Shown: positions 56,035 through 64,000 of the stretch, in pieces
Position numbering within the stretch: position 1 is the stretch's first letter
How the letters are laid out: the number at the start of each line of letters is the position of its first letter
Assembly (NCBI GenBank): GCA_041179465.1
Contig: JBEGTJ010000003.1
Location: 2,229-66,228 of the forward strand
Origin: Bacteroidota bacterium
GTDB taxonomy: Bacteria; Bacteroidota; Bacteroidia; Flavobacteriales; Schleiferiaceae
Direction: 5' to 3'
DNA length: 64,000 bases
Position numbers and translations under genes: made by a program
Notes under the pieces: generated by a model
Database searches by the model: none
Seen by the model: only the letters and a program-made list of their open reading frames with translations
Told to the model about the DNA's origin: nothing

Positions 56035-59000
56035 TACGCGGTCGGAGTTAAGAGCCCGGCGCGGCGCAGCAGCGCCTCGGGCTGGGGACGGCGCCCGCGG
56101 AACGCGACGTACAAGTCCATGGGGTCGACGGTACCTCCGGCCTCGAGCAGGGCGCGGAAGCGCGGCGCGGCCTGGTCCGGAGCCTCGCGAAAGAACCCGT
56201 AGGCGTCGGCGTCGAGCACCTCGGCCCACTTGTAGCTGTAGTAGCCGGCGCTGTAGCCGCCGGCAAAAATGTGGCTGAAGCTCGGCGAAATGTAGCTGCT
56301 GTCCACGGCCGGCCACAGGTCCACCGAGGCGAAGGCCTCGCGCTCGAGCTGTTCCAGGTCGGTCGGAGCGGTGCGCGCCCCGTGCCACGCCATGTCCAGC
56401 AGTCCGAACCCAAGCTGGCGCAGCGTCGCCAAGCCCTCCAAAAAGGTCTGGCTTTGGGCCAATCGCGCGACCAGCTCGGCGGGCATGGCCTCGCCGGTGG
56501 CGTAGTGCTTGGCCCACTGGGCGAGCTCGGCGGGCTCGTAGCACCAGTTTTCCATGATTTGCGACGGAAGCTCCACAAAGTCCCAGCGCACCGACGTGCC
56601 GGTGAGGCTGGCGTAGGATCCGCGCCCCAGCATGCCGTGCAGCCCGTGCCCGAACTCGTGAAACAGCGTCAGCACTTCGTTAAAGGTCAGCAGGGCAGGG
56701 GCCTCGGCGGTCGGCTTGCTGAAGTTGCCCACGAGGCTCACTACGGGGCGCACTTCGCGTCCGCGCGCGTCGGCAAAGGCCGAGCGGTAGCTGGTCATCC
56801 AGGCTCCGGCGCGCTTGCCCTTGCGGGGGTGCCAGTCGGTCGTCAGGTGGGCGATGAATTGCCCGGCGGAATCCCACACTTCCCACGCTTGGGCGTCGGG
56901 GTGGTAGGTCGGGTTGTGGGGCGCGGGCTTTACCTCGAGTCCGTACAGCCGGCGCGCCACGTCAAAGGCCCAGGCCTCGACCTTGGGCAGCGCGAAGTAG
57001 GGCTTGGTCACCGCGTCGTCAAAGTCGAGCACCGCCAACTTGTAGCGCTCGGTAGTGAAGGCGACGTCCCAGCGCTGCAGGTCGTGAAGGCCCAGTTCGC
57101 GGGCGGCAAAGGCGCGGAGTTCAGCGGCCTCGCGCTCGGCAGCCGGACGGGCCTTGGCCCTCAGGTCGGCCAAGAACGCGTGGACCGTCTCGGGCGTGGA
57201 CGCCATGCGTTCGGCCAGCACATAATCGGCGTGGCTCGCAAATCCGAGCAGCTGCGCCCGTTCCAGGCGCTTAGCCGCGAGGTTCAGCACCCGAAGCCGG
57301 TTGTCGCGTTCGTCGCCGCGGGCGCCGCGTTGGGCGTAGGCGCGCCACAGCTGCTCGCGCAGGCCGCGGTCTTCGGCATAGGTCATGAAGGCCAGGTAGT
57401 TGGGCGCGTCGAGCGTCGCGGCGTACCCGCCGTCCAGGCCGTGCTGCTTGGCGGCTTCGGCGGCCTGTTCGAGGGCCCAGTCGGGCAGTCCGGCGGGCGC
57501 GTCGGCCAGCGGCAGGTGCCAGGTTTCGGTGTCTTTGAGCAGGTGGTCGCTGAAGGTCAGCGCTTCGGTACCCAGTTCCTGGTCGAGCGCGAGCAGCTTG
57601 GCCTTGGCGGCGGAATCCAACCGCGCGCCGTGCCGTTCAAACGCCTTAAGCGTTTTTTCGTGCAGCATGCGGTCTTCGACCGAGGCGTCGCTCGGGAGCA
57701 CTACCGCCGACACGCGCGCAAAAAGCGCTTCATTGGTGAGCGTGGCGTTGCTCAGCGCAGCCAGCTTGGGCTGCACGTCGCGGGCCAGTTCCTGGAGCTC
57801 GGGCGTCGACGCCGCGCTCAGGGCGTTGAAGAGCAGCGTGGTTTCGGCGTCGAGGTCGTAGGTCATGCGCTCGAGCGCTACGGTTACTCCCGCAAAAGTC
57901 GGCGGACGATTGTCGGTGGCCAGACGGTCCAGCTCCCGGTAGGCGGCCTCGAGGGCCTCGTCGATGCGCCGACCGAGCTCGGAGGCCTCGGGGGCCGCCG
58001 TTTCGAGGGCCGAAACGTAGCCAGCCAGGTAGGCATAAGGCGGAGTGAGTTCTCCGTCGGCGCATTCGGTGGCGGCGGCCAGAATTCCCTTGGGGTCGCC
58101 GGCCAGCCACTCGGGCCAGATTTGGTCGATGAACGCGCGGCCAAAGCCCTCGGTGGCGTCGGCGGGCACCTGGCTGGGCAGGTTGTCGACGGCGAGCACG
58201 CCGAGGCTTCCGGGCGTTCCGAGGGCAACCTCGCGGCCGGTGGCCGGATCCCATCCATAAAACGGGTCGTCGCCCTTGCTCGCCCTGAGGGTGCAGGGCA
58301 CCGGACCGGCGATGTCGCACGAAATGTCGCCCACAAACTCGAGGCGGTTGCCGGGCTTCAGCACGTCGGCGGCGGTAAAAAAGGAGGGTCCGCCCTCGGC
58401 GTAAAAATGGCAGGGAAGGTAGACCGTTGCCACCGCCAAGTAGGGCGCCAAGGTCGAGGTGTAGCGGCCGGGTTCGGCGTGAAACTCGCGGCGGTCAAAG
58501 CCTCCGTCGGAGGTCCGCGCGGCGTACTCCTTAGCCTCGAGCACCGTGAAGCACGGGCCCGGAGCTTCGGCCAAGAAGTCGGCGGGGGCGACCTCGGCAA
58601 ACCCGCCGGCGCGCAGCATTTCGGCGGCGCCGCGACCGACCCGACCTGATCCGGTCAGCACTACTCGGGCGTCTGAGGGCCAGGAGTGCTGGGCGAGCTC
58701 GGCCTTCAGTGAGGCCACGCGGCCCAGCTGAAGCGCCGGGGTAAAGGTCCAGGATTGGCGCTGCAGGCCCCATCCGCGCAGGGCTTCGTACACGCCCACG
58801 AGGCCGGCGTACTCGCCAAAGCCGATCAGGCGCTGTTCGTCGCGGCGCAGCAGTTCCCAGTCGATCAGGCGCACCGGGGCGTCGAGGCAGGCGCGCAGCA
58901 GTCCGCGGTTGTAGGGTTGGCCTTTGTAGGTGTGGCTAAAGAAAAAATGCGTTCCGCCGGCGACCAGTTGGGCGGGCGGGACCTCCTTGACGCTTAAAAT

Positions 59001-59204
59001 CAGCTCGGCGGCACTCAGGTCTTCGGTGAGCACGCAGCCTGCGGCGGCGTAGTCGGCGTCGGGAATCGCCCGCACGCTGCTGGGCTGCACCCAAATGCGC
59101 CAGTCGGGATGGCGGTCAAGCAGCTCGCGGCACTGCGCGGGGTTCAGCACGGCGCGCTGGTCTGAAGGTTTTTTGCCTTCGCGGAGTAAACCAAGAATTC
59201 GCAT
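56034..59204 (-). CDS. fusion protein: N-terminal lysine-ketoglutarate reductase (AlaDH/PNT-fold saccharopine dehydrogenase, L-lysine-forming)-like domain + C-terminal M3-family peptidyl-dipeptidase (Dcp/oligopeptidase A-like)
   Basis: One uninterrupted 1056-aa ORF. Residues 1 to ~400 show VQPSSVRAIPDADYAAAGCVLTEDLSAAELILSVKE...HFFFSHTYKGQPYN..LL......VRLIDWE and DISCDIAGP...LAVDNLPSQVPADATEGFG, which I recognise as the LKR domain pattern of AASS-type enzymes. Residues ~405-1056 carry the M3 zinc site LFHEFGHGLHGML and the YSYKWAEVLDADA C-terminal pattern. Confidence 0.8.
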   Translation of the reverse strand: MRILGLLREGKKPSDQRAVLNPAQCRELLDRHPDWRIWVQPSSVRAIPDADYAAAGCVLTEDLSAAELILSVKEVPPAQLVAGGTHFFFSHTYKGQPYNRGLLRACLDAPVRLIDWELLRRDEQRLIGFGEYAGLVGVYEALRGWGLQRQSWTFTPALQLGRVASLKAELAQHSWPSDARVVLTGSGRVGRGAAEMLRAGGFAEVAPADFLAEAPGPCFTVLEAKEYAARTSDGGFDRREFHAEPGRYTSTLAPYLAVATVYLPCHFYAEGGPSFFTAADVLKPGNRLEFVGDISCDIAGPVPCTLRASKGDDPFYGWDPATGREVALGTPGSLGVLAVDNLPSQVPADATEGFGRAFIDQIWPEWLAGDPKGILAAATECADGELTPPYAYLAGYVSALETAAPEASELGRRIDEALEAAYRELDRLATDNRPPTFAGVTVALERMTYDLDAETTLLFNALSAASTPELQELARDVQPKLAALSNATLTNEALFARVSAVVLPSDASVEDRMLHEKTLKAFERHGARLDSAAKAKLLALDQELGTEALTFSDHLLKDTETWHLPLADAPAGLPDWALEQAAEAAKQHGLDGGYAATLDAPNYLAFMTYAEDRGLREQLWRAYAQRGARGDERDNRLRVLNLAAKRLERAQLLGFASHADYVLAERMASTPETVHAFLADLRAKARPAAEREAAELRAFAARELGLHDLQRWDVAFTTERYKLAVLDFDDAVTKPYFALPKVEAWAFDVARRLYGLEVKPAPHNPTYHPDAQAWEVWDSAGQFIAHLTTDWHPRKGKRAGAWMTSYRSAFADARGREVRPVVSLVGNFSKPTAEAPALLTFNEVLTLFHEFGHGLHGMLGRGSYASLTGTSVRWDFVELPSQIMENWCYEPAELAQWAKHYATGEAMPAELVARLAQSQTFLEGLATLRQLGFGLLDMAWHGARTAPTDLEQLEREAFASVDLWPAVDSSYISPSFSHIFAGGYSAGYYSYKWAEVLDADAYGFFREAPDQAAPRFRALLEAGGTVDPMDLYVAFRGRRPQPEALLRRAGLLTPTA

Positions 59205-59208
59205 GCTT

Positions 59209-59216
59209 CAAAGGTA
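59209..59216 (-). promoter_or_regulatory. -7 box TACCTTTG, 4 nt upstream of the ATG of the LKR-M3 fusion gene
   Basis: Exact TAnnTTTG on the minus strand (plus-strand caaaggta). Confidence 0.45.
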
Positions 59217-59261
59217 GCCCCGGGCGAAGCTCGCGGCAGGGGCCGCAGCGCGCAAAAAGGC

Positions 59262-59804
59262 TTAGAGCGACGAGGTGGCGGCCTCTTCGGGCGCGGCGAC
59301 CTGGGACTCAGGGTCGGCGGCGGGCTCGAAGCGGAACGGGATTCCGCGGCGCGCGCCCACGAAGCGCCGTTCGTAGTAGGCTTGTCCGACCCAATTCTCG
59401 ATCAGCACGCCGCTGTGGGTGGCCGAGTGCAGCATCAAAATCTTGCCGTCTTCGAGGCCTACGCAGAGGCCGACGTGGCCGATGCTGCCGCTTCCGCGCC
59501 CCTCAAAAAGCAAAAAATCGCCCACGCGAATGCTGTCGCGCTTCACCGGAAGGCCCCAGTTGGCGTAGGACGAACTGCTGGCGGGCATCGTGTAGCCGTA
59601 GGCGCGGAACAGGTGCTTTTGCAGCCCCGAGCAATCAAAACCGCCGGGGTTTTGCCCGCCGGCCCGGTAGCTGTGCCCCAAAACCTCCTCGTAGCGGTCG
59701 ACGAGCGCCGTCCACGAAACGGTGTCGCGCGGCATTCCGTCGTTCCGCCCCCAGGCTAGGGAGGGAAGGGCTGCGCACGCGATCAGGATCCAGAGGTTTT
59801 TCAT
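59262..59804 (-). CDS. NlpC/P60-family cell-wall peptidase
   Basis: Signal peptide MKNLWILIACAALPSLAWG, catalytic Cys in GGFDCSGL, His in GHVGLCV...MLHS. The long upstream ORF extension is antisense to the PPIase gene and is rejected. Confidence 0.8.
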   Translation of the reverse strand: MKNLWILIACAALPSLAWGRNDGMPRDTVSWTALVDRYEEVLGHSYRAGGQNPGGFDCSGLQKHLFRAYGYTMPASSSSYANWGLPVKRDSIRVGDFLLFEGRGSGSIGHVGLCVGLEDGKILMLHSATHSGVLIENWVGQAYYERRFVGARRGIPFRFEPAADPESQVAAPEEAATSSL

Positions 59805-59870
59805 AAGGGGTGGTGAATTTAGCACCGGGCCCCTTTTCACGCAAAGCATGTGCCGTAAATTCGCCGGACT

Positions 59871-61778
59871 ATGAAAAAAGTGCTTTTGACCCTCGCCGTG
59901 GCTTCGGCCGCATTGGGCGCGGCAGCCCAAGATTTGTTCCGCGTCGGTACCAAGACGGTAACGCGCCCCGAATTCAATTACGTGTACGGCAAAAACAAAG
60001 AAGTAGGGGCCAACATCGACCCCAAAACCGAGGCCGAGTACCTGCAGCTGTACGTTCAGTTCAAGCGCAAGGTCGCCTTCGCCGAATCGCTGGGGCGCGA
60101 CACGATGCCTTCGTTTAAAGCGGAGTACGACGGCTACTACAAGCAGCTGCTGAAGCCCTACTTGACCGACAAGAGCGTCGACGCGCGCTTGGTCGACGAG
60201 GCCTTCGAGCGCATGCAGTTCGACGTGCGCGCCAGCCACATTATGGTCGACTGCGCCGAAGACGCCAGCCCGAGCGACACGGCCAAGGCCTACAAACAGA
60301 TCATGGCGATCAAGGAGCGCCTGAACCGAGGAGAGACTTTTGAGAACTTGGCGGCCCTGAGCACCGACACCTACTCGGCCTCGCGCGGAGGGGACCTCGG
60401 TTGGTTCACCGTGTTTGGCATGGTGTATCCGTTTGAAACGGCCGTGTATTCCGCTCCAGAGGGCCAAGTGGTCGGACCCGTCCGCACCCAGTTTGGCTAC
60501 CACTTGATCAAGAAGACGGCCCAGCGCGCGGCCCGCAACACGATGACGGCCGCCCACATTTTAGTGCTCGACACCGAGTCAGACCCGAACCCAAACGCCG
60601 AGAAGCAGATTCGCGACGTGTACGCCAAGCTGCAAGCCGGCGAGCCCTTTGCCGCCGCGGCCCTGAAGTACAGCGAAGACCCCACGACCTCCAAGCAGGC
60701 CGGCCGTCTGGCGCCGTTTGGCATCAACCAAATGCTGCCCGAGTTCGAAGACGCCGCGTTCAGCTTGAGCGAAGACGGGGCCTACAGCCAGCCGGTGAAG
60801 ACCAAGCTGGGGTGGCACATCGTGCAGCGCATCAACCGCACTCCGCTGCCGTCGCGCAGCGAGGCCGAGCGCCAACTGAGCCAAAAGATTCGCCGCGACG
60901 AGCGCTCCAACGCCTCAGAGCGCGCCTACCTCGAGCGCCTGAAGCGCGACTACCAGTTTGCGGCCGACGCGCGCAACTGGGAACGCCTGCAGTCCGCCCT
61001 TGAGAAGGGCAAAGGCGTGGACAAGGCCGCAAAGGCGACGCTGTTCACCTACCGCACGGCGGTGCACCCCAACGGCCGCGAGCTGCGCGGAACCGACGCC
61101 CTTGCCACGCTCCGCAAGCCCCTCGAGACCAAGGTCGATCGGGCCACTTCGGCCAAGCGCCTGAACGAATGGGTGAAGGGCATCGTGCTCGAGGAGGCCG
61201 AGCAGCTCCTTCCCATTGAAAACGCCGAGTTCCGCTACCTGGCCCAAGAGTACCGCGAGGGCATTCTCGTGTTTGAACTCACCCGCGAGTACGTGTGGGA
61301 CAAGGCCGCGACCGACACGGTGGGCCTCAAAGCCTTTTATGAGGCCAATTTGGCTAATTACCAGTGGCCCGAGCGCCTTACCGGCAGCGTGCTGAGCAGC
61401 AGCAACCTTCCGGCCCTCAAGAAGGCTGCCGACCTCGGGCGCCAAAACGTGCCCATTTCAAAGATCGACAAGGTCATCAACGCCAAAGACGAGGTGGTCA
61501 ACTTCACCGACGTCGAAAAGGTGGTGTTGGGCAGCGAGGGCAAAAACGCCCTTCAGCGCATGATGGCTCAGTTTACGGGCAAAGACCGCGTCAAGGGTCC
61601 GTTTGAATCGGGCGGAACCCACTACGTCCTCATCGCCTCCGAGCGCATTCCGGCGGGCCCCAAGGCCCTGAACGAGTGCCGCGGTCAGGTGATCGCCGAC
61701 TACCAGAAGCACCTCGAAGCCTTGTGGCTGAAGGAGCTGGAGGCCCAGTTCCCGCTGCAAATGCTGGGCACGAACTAA
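59871..61778 (+). CDS. SurA/PpiD-like peptidyl-prolyl cis-trans isomerase (two parvulin domains)
   Basis: Signal peptide. Parvulin motifs: ASHIMVDC...GGDLGWFTVFGMVYPFETA, and AAHILV...AGRLAPFGINQMLPEFEDAAF...GWHIV. Confidence 0.8.
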   Translation: MKKVLLTLAVASAALGAAAQDLFRVGTKTVTRPEFNYVYGKNKEVGANIDPKTEAEYLQLYVQFKRKVAFAESLGRDTMPSFKAEYDGYYKQLLKPYLTDKSVDARLVDEAFERMQFDVRASHIMVDCAEDASPSDTAKAYKQIMAIKERLNRGETFENLAALSTDTYSASRGGDLGWFTVFGMVYPFETAVYSAPEGQVVGPVRTQFGYHLIKKTAQRAARNTMTAAHILVLDTESDPNPNAEKQIRDVYAKLQAGEPFAAAALKYSEDPTTSKQAGRLAPFGINQMLPEFEDAAFSLSEDGAYSQPVKTKLGWHIVQRINRTPLPSRSEAERQLSQKIRRDERSNASERAYLERLKRDYQFAADARNWERLQSALEKGKGVDKAAKATLFTYRTAVHPNGRELRGTDALATLRKPLETKVDRATSAKRLNEWVKGIVLEEAEQLLPIENAEFRYLAQEYREGILVFELTREYVWDKAATDTVGLKAFYEANLANYQWPERLTGSVLSSSNLPALKKAADLGRQNVPISKIDKVINAKDEVVNFTDVEKVVLGSEGKNALQRMMAQFTGKDRVKGPFESGGTHYVLIASERIPAGPKALNECRGQVIADYQKHLEALWLKELEAQFPLQMLGTN

Positions 61779-61803
61779 GGCTCCGCCGTCGATTCCGCAC
61801 TCA

Positions 61804-61830
61804 AGAGGCCCCGGTGGCCTCTTTTTTATT
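61804..61830 (+). terminator. rho-independent terminator after the PPIase gene
   Basis: AGAGGCC-CCGGT-GGCCTCT followed by TTTTTATT, 26 nt past the stop. Confidence 0.7.
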
Positions 61831-61883
61831 GCGCAATTGGGCCGTTAGCGGTAGATTTAGGCAAACCTTAACCTGCACATTTT

Positions 61884-63917
61884 ATGCGCTTAACCCTACG
61901 CACCCTGGCCTTATGCGCCATGGTATTGGCCGCGGCTCCGCTCTCGGCTCAGTACTACTATTTGCCGAGCACGGCCAACGGAAACCCAGGCGGACTCAAC
62001 GCCGACAGCGAGTACCCCGTGGGCGGCGGCTTGGCCACCAGCTGGACCGCGATTTCGACCGCTCCGGCGGCGACGCCCGCCTGGTCGACGACCCAAACGC
62101 TGCCGTTCAGCTTCAGCTTCAACGGCACCGCCGTCACGCAGTACAAAGTTTCGACTTCGGGCGTGCTGACCTTTGACGTCAACGCCACCACCGCGCCGGG
62201 CTACACCAAGTCGACGTTGCCTGACGCGAGCATTCCCAACAACTCGGTGTGCATTTGGGGCTTGGCTTCGGTCGGAACCAACGACCTCATCGTGAACAAG
62301 ACCTTTGGTTCGGCGCCCAACCGCCAGCATTGGATCATGTTTTCTTCGTTTGGCCAAGTCGGCAGCACCTGCTGGACCTACTGGTCGATCGTGCTCGAGG
62401 AGTCGACCAACAAGATTTATGTCGTCGACCAGCGCAACTCGTGCACGGGTTCCACGCTGTCGATCGGCATTCAGGTCAACAGCACTACGGCTTATGCGGT
62501 AGCGGGTTCGCCCAACGTTGCGATTCAAGCGGGCACCGACGCCACGGCGGCTGACAACAAGTACTACGAGTTCATTCCGGGCGTGCAGCTGCAAAACAAC
62601 TTCATCGGCAATTCGGTGGAGGTCGACGACTTCTTGGTGCTGGGCCAGGCTCCCTTCACGATCAAGGCCGAGTACCTCAACGGCGGCAGCAACGCCATCA
62701 CCAGCGCGGGCCTGAACTACCGAGTCAATGGCGGAACGCCCGTTAGCGCCACCGTATCGACGCTCAACGTGGCCTCGGCGGCTACGGCCACGCTCACGCA
62801 CCCCCAGGCCTGGACCCCCACGGCCGTAGGCACCTACACGCTCGACTTCTGGACCTCAAACCCCAACGGGCAGGCCGACAGCGACGCCAGCAACGACACC
62901 GTGACCAAGCAAATTGTCGTGGTGAACAGCATTGCGGTGCGCCGTCCGTTGATTGAGGTGTTCAGTTCGTCGACCTGCGCGCCCTGCGCTCCGGCCAACG
63001 CCACCTTCAAGACCCTGATGGACCAGCAGGCCGCCGGCGACTACAACTACCTGAAGTACCAGATGAGCTGGCCGGGAACGGGCGACCCCTACTACACGAC
63101 CGAGGCCGGTGCCAAGCGCCAGCTTTACGGCGTGAATTCGGTGCCCAACGCCCAAATCGACGGCGGATGGAACGGCCACGCCGGCCAAATCACGCAGCCG
63201 ATCTTGAGCCAGTTCAAGGCGGTGCCTTCGTTCATCAACCTCGCCGGCTACTACACCGTCGACGCCACGGCCCAAAAGGTCGACATGGTGATCAATACGA
63301 CGCCCTTGGTGAGCACCTCAAAGGCCCTGTCGCTTCAGGTGGCTATCTACGAGAAGTCGACGAGCCAAAACGCCAAGTCCAACGGCGAGACCACGTTCTA
63401 CCACGTTATGAAGAAAATGGTTCCGAGCGAAGCAGGTACGACCCTCACCAACCTCACCGACGGCGTGATGCAGACGGCGAATCTGTCGTACACCTTTAAC
63501 GGCTCTTACACGCTTCCGGCGAACGCGACGGCTCCCGTGAACCATGCTTCGGCCCACACCGTCGAAGACTTCAGCGATCTGGGCGTCATGGTCTGGATTC
63601 AGGACATGGCGACTAAAGAGGTATACCAGTCTGTGGACTTGACTCAGAGCGGAATCGGTACCGGCGAGCAAGGCCTCGGTTCGGTTCGCGTGTTCCCTAA
63701 CCCGACGAGCGATTTGGTTCGCGTGGATCTGAGTGGCGTGACGGGTGCCTGCACCTACCGCCTGGTCAACGCTCTGGGCCAAGTGGTTGCGGCGGGTACC
63801 GCTCAAGGCGGAGCCGAGCTCACCCTCAGCGTCGCTCAGTGGACCAGCGGTCTGTACTTTGTTCAGGTGGTGGCCGAAGGCCGCACCCAGACCTTGCCAC
63901 TGCAGGTGCTGCGTTAA
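61884..63917 (+). CDS. T9SS-secreted protein with Omp28-related/thioredoxin-like region and C-terminal sorting domain
   Basis: Signal peptide MRLTLRTLALCAMVLAAAPLSAQ. The central region PLIEVFSSSTCAPCAPAN...VNSVPNAQIDG resembles Omp28-related proteins. CTD: VRVFPNPTSDLVRVDL...GLYFVQVVAEGRTQTLPLQVLR. Confidence 0.7.
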   Translation: MRLTLRTLALCAMVLAAAPLSAQYYYLPSTANGNPGGLNADSEYPVGGGLATSWTAISTAPAATPAWSTTQTLPFSFSFNGTAVTQYKVSTSGVLTFDVNATTAPGYTKSTLPDASIPNNSVCIWGLASVGTNDLIVNKTFGSAPNRQHWIMFSSFGQVGSTCWTYWSIVLEESTNKIYVVDQRNSCTGSTLSIGIQVNSTTAYAVAGSPNVAIQAGTDATAADNKYYEFIPGVQLQNNFIGNSVEVDDFLVLGQAPFTIKAEYLNGGSNAITSAGLNYRVNGGTPVSATVSTLNVASAATATLTHPQAWTPTAVGTYTLDFWTSNPNGQADSDASNDTVTKQIVVVNSIAVRRPLIEVFSSSTCAPCAPANATFKTLMDQQAAGDYNYLKYQMSWPGTGDPYYTTEAGAKRQLYGVNSVPNAQIDGGWNGHAGQITQPILSQFKAVPSFINLAGYYTVDATAQKVDMVINTTPLVSTSKALSLQVAIYEKSTSQNAKSNGETTFYHVMKKMVPSEAGTTLTNLTDGVMQTANLSYTFNGSYTLPANATAPVNHASAHTVEDFSDLGVMVWIQDMATKEVYQSVDLTQSGIGTGEQGLGSVRVFPNPTSDLVRVDLSGVTGACTYRLVNALGQVVAAGTAQGGAELTLSVAQWTSGLYFVQVVAEGRTQTLPLQVLR

Positions 63918-63943
63918 GTGCTTAACACGCATTAAAAAGGAAC

Positions 63944-63971
63944 CGGCCCCTCGCGGGGCCGGTTTTTTTTA
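63944..63971 (+). terminator. rho-independent terminator
   Basis: CCGGCCCC-TCGC-GGGGCCGG followed by T8. It is preceded by an A-run, so it may act in both directions. Confidence 0.75.
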
Positions 63972-64000
63972 ATTCCGTTTCGCGCACAGCATGTACCTTA

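Noticed and set aside
56271-58649. 792-aa plus-strand ORF opposite the LKR-M3 fusion gene
   Set aside because: It is an antisense shadow ORF, Gly/Arg/Val-rich. The minus-strand frame carries the HEFGH zinc site and the LKR blocks.
1-64000. Search for CRISPR arrays, rRNA or tRNA genes, IS elements, integrases, restriction-modification or other defence genes
   Set aside because: No intergenic gap exceeds about 160 nt, none shows a cloverleaf or repeat-spacer structure, and no ORF has transposase, integrase, nuclease or methylase-RM signatures. The two low-GC genes have no mobility genes or flanking long repeats.

Overview
The window is a gene-dense, GC-rich stretch of chromosome (hand counts of sample lines give about 63-67% G+C). 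It almost certainly comes from a Bacteroidota organism. Three proteins end in type IX secretion (T9SS) C-terminal sorting domains and a PorQ-like gene sits next to cmk. Several syntenies typical of Flavobacteriia/Cytophagia are present: rsfS-ftsH-LUD-cdsA-psd, pyrE/NUDIX-coaD-ddl-PASTA-rluD, and ferredoxin next to a LuxC-like reductase. TAnnTTTG promoter boxes recur upstream of genes.

I call about 53 protein genes. Most are housekeeping: lon, ftsH, purL, pheT, recG, mfd, fbp, lysC, mgtE, rsmA, cmk, psd, cdsA, pyrE, coaD, ddl, birA and rpmE. I found no rRNA, tRNA, CRISPR array, transposase, integrase or recognisable defence system, and I cannot point to a clear multi-gene novel system.

The observations most worth a second look are:
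1. A TAnnTTT(G/A) box lies exactly 3-5 nt upstream of about ten start codons, which suggests widespread leaderless transcription.
2. A 1056-aa ORF fuses a lysine-ketoglutarate-reductase-like domain to an M3 dipeptidyl-carboxypeptidase-like domain.
3. An OlsF-like bifunctional aminolipid acyltransferase sits immediately downstream of GNAT-lysC.
4. Two single-gene low-GC insertions (a T9SS cargo protein and an FkbM-type methyltransferase) are wedged without spacers between core genes.
5. The mfd homology continues upstream of any usable start codon and is in frame with the fbp stop codon.
6. A fused double glycosyltransferase lies convergent with a priming phosphoglycosyltransferase.
7. A sigma-54 activator lacks a DNA-binding domain and has a GSFTSA loop.

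All functional calls rest on motif and family recognition by eye from the supplied translations. No database search was run.
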